64,000 nucleotides of DNA, from contig MU054323.1 of assembly GCA_013239625.1 (NCBI GenBank), forward strand, positions 15,194,029 through 15,258,028. Reading direction: 5' to 3'. Source of the DNA: Lama guanicoe. Its lineage: Eukaryota. The notes beneath the pieces are model-generated. The model worked only from the letters and a program-made list of their open reading frames with translations. It was not told the origin of the DNA and did no database searches. This document shows positions 62,721 through 64,000 of the stretch, piece after piece. The translations under genes and the position numbers were made by a program. How positions within the stretch are numbered: position 1 is the first letter of the stretch; every line of letters starts with the position of its first letter.

Positions 62721-64000
62721 ATGTCTGCTCTGGCCTTCCTGACCGGTCCGGGCCCTCACTGTGTCTCGCCTGGATTTCCTGTGCTGCTTCTTCCGTGCAT
62801 CTGGAGTAGCCTGACTGCCCTCCTGCCTACTTTGGCCCAATAAATGCGTTTGCAGCATTAAGACCCTGGTGAACAACTCCTTTTCTACCCCAGCCTCTCA
62901 AGTACCCTTGACAGTGCCTTTCCTAGAAACACTAGGGACTTTCATGTTGTTTGATAGAAATGTCCTGACATCCTGTGACTCTTTGCACAGGGTCTCCTTG
63001 GCTAACCCTCACCTTCCCAAAGTTCGGGATCACGCCCTACCCTACTCCTTCCTCAGTGGCACTTGATAATGTGTTTGTGGGTTCCATCAGTGTGCACCCT
63101 GCTTGTCCCAGAGATGCCAGTGGTTGTTTTAAAAAAACACAGGGAAAGAGAGATTTACAGAAATAATAGCGATACTTTGGGCATAGCTTTGCTGCTTCTG
63201 AGTTTCTGCTCGTACAGCTGTATGGATGGGCGACCGCGAATCTCACCATCTCTCAGTTTCAGATACAAGAATCTGGTGCAGTCACGTAGCTTTTTCTTTC
63301 AGGTTAAATAAGCCCCAGTACCCGTAGTCATGCTTTATAGGCCCCATTTTCCAACTCTTTAATCATTTTCTTTGCTTTTCTCTGGAACTGCGCCAAGTTC
63401 TCCATTGACTTAAGTTTCAGGCTCCAAACTGGACATGGTATTGAAACATTCAGTAAAAGAATTATCTGCTTGATCCTATATTCAGTATTCTTATTTATAT
63501 ATAAATAATTGTTTCCCCTAATCAGTCTACAAACATTAACTAGGCCCTTATGCTATAGCTGGCACCGGGCTTCAAAGTTTTTGGCAATTTCAAATGATAC
63601 GATTCCTTTCTGTGAAACAGGCTTTCTTTGGTGCTATTACATGAAAAACGTTAGATTTATAAGCATCTGTATGGTAGTTATTTATATAGCAGTGGAGTGG
63701 TGTTCCATGTCAATAAATATTCTGCTTCTTATCTGGTTTGTTTACATGAAATTAATTTAATAGTTCACCTGCTTTGTGAATATTACAAGTTTACTCCTCA
63801 CCGCTCATTACACTGTAAACTAAAGAGGAAGCAGAAAGTGATCTAGTGATTTCTTGTTGGCGTTATACACTTTTAATTTGCTCAAATTTTGTTCTAACTT
63901 GTCTATTTTATTCCAGTTCATCTGGCCATTCAGATTTTTTCCTCTATTGTCATTAGAGAGATTTCAGGTAATGCTGAAGTATTAATAACTTTCAACTAAA

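Overview
This is AT-rich, CpG-depleted mammalian DNA, intronic or intergenic. It is very probably camelid (camel/alpaca/llama), based on two short tRNA-Ala-derived Vic-1-type SINEs and cetartiodactyl-type L1 3' ends. I recognise no intact protein-coding gene, CpG island or functional RNA gene. The one clear gene-derived feature is a near-full-length, decayed processed RPS3 pseudogene (about 51036-51826, +). The rest is a layered repeat record: young 5'-truncated L1s with readable target-site duplications (TSDs), old L1ME, L2, CR1/L3 and MIR pieces, MaLR/ERVL/ERV1 solo LTRs, and hAT DNA-transposon relics. I found no convincing new biological system. The most unusual items are: a 61-bp insert resembling only the 5' tip of an L1, flanked by an 18-bp TSD (14271-14367); a nested transposon stack with a recent mosaic duplication at its core (54690-57610); TSD-like scars with almost no insert; and a few candidate exons and enhancers that could easily be chance matches. 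Repeat subfamily names come from remembered consensus sequences and need RepeatMasker/Dfam confirmation.
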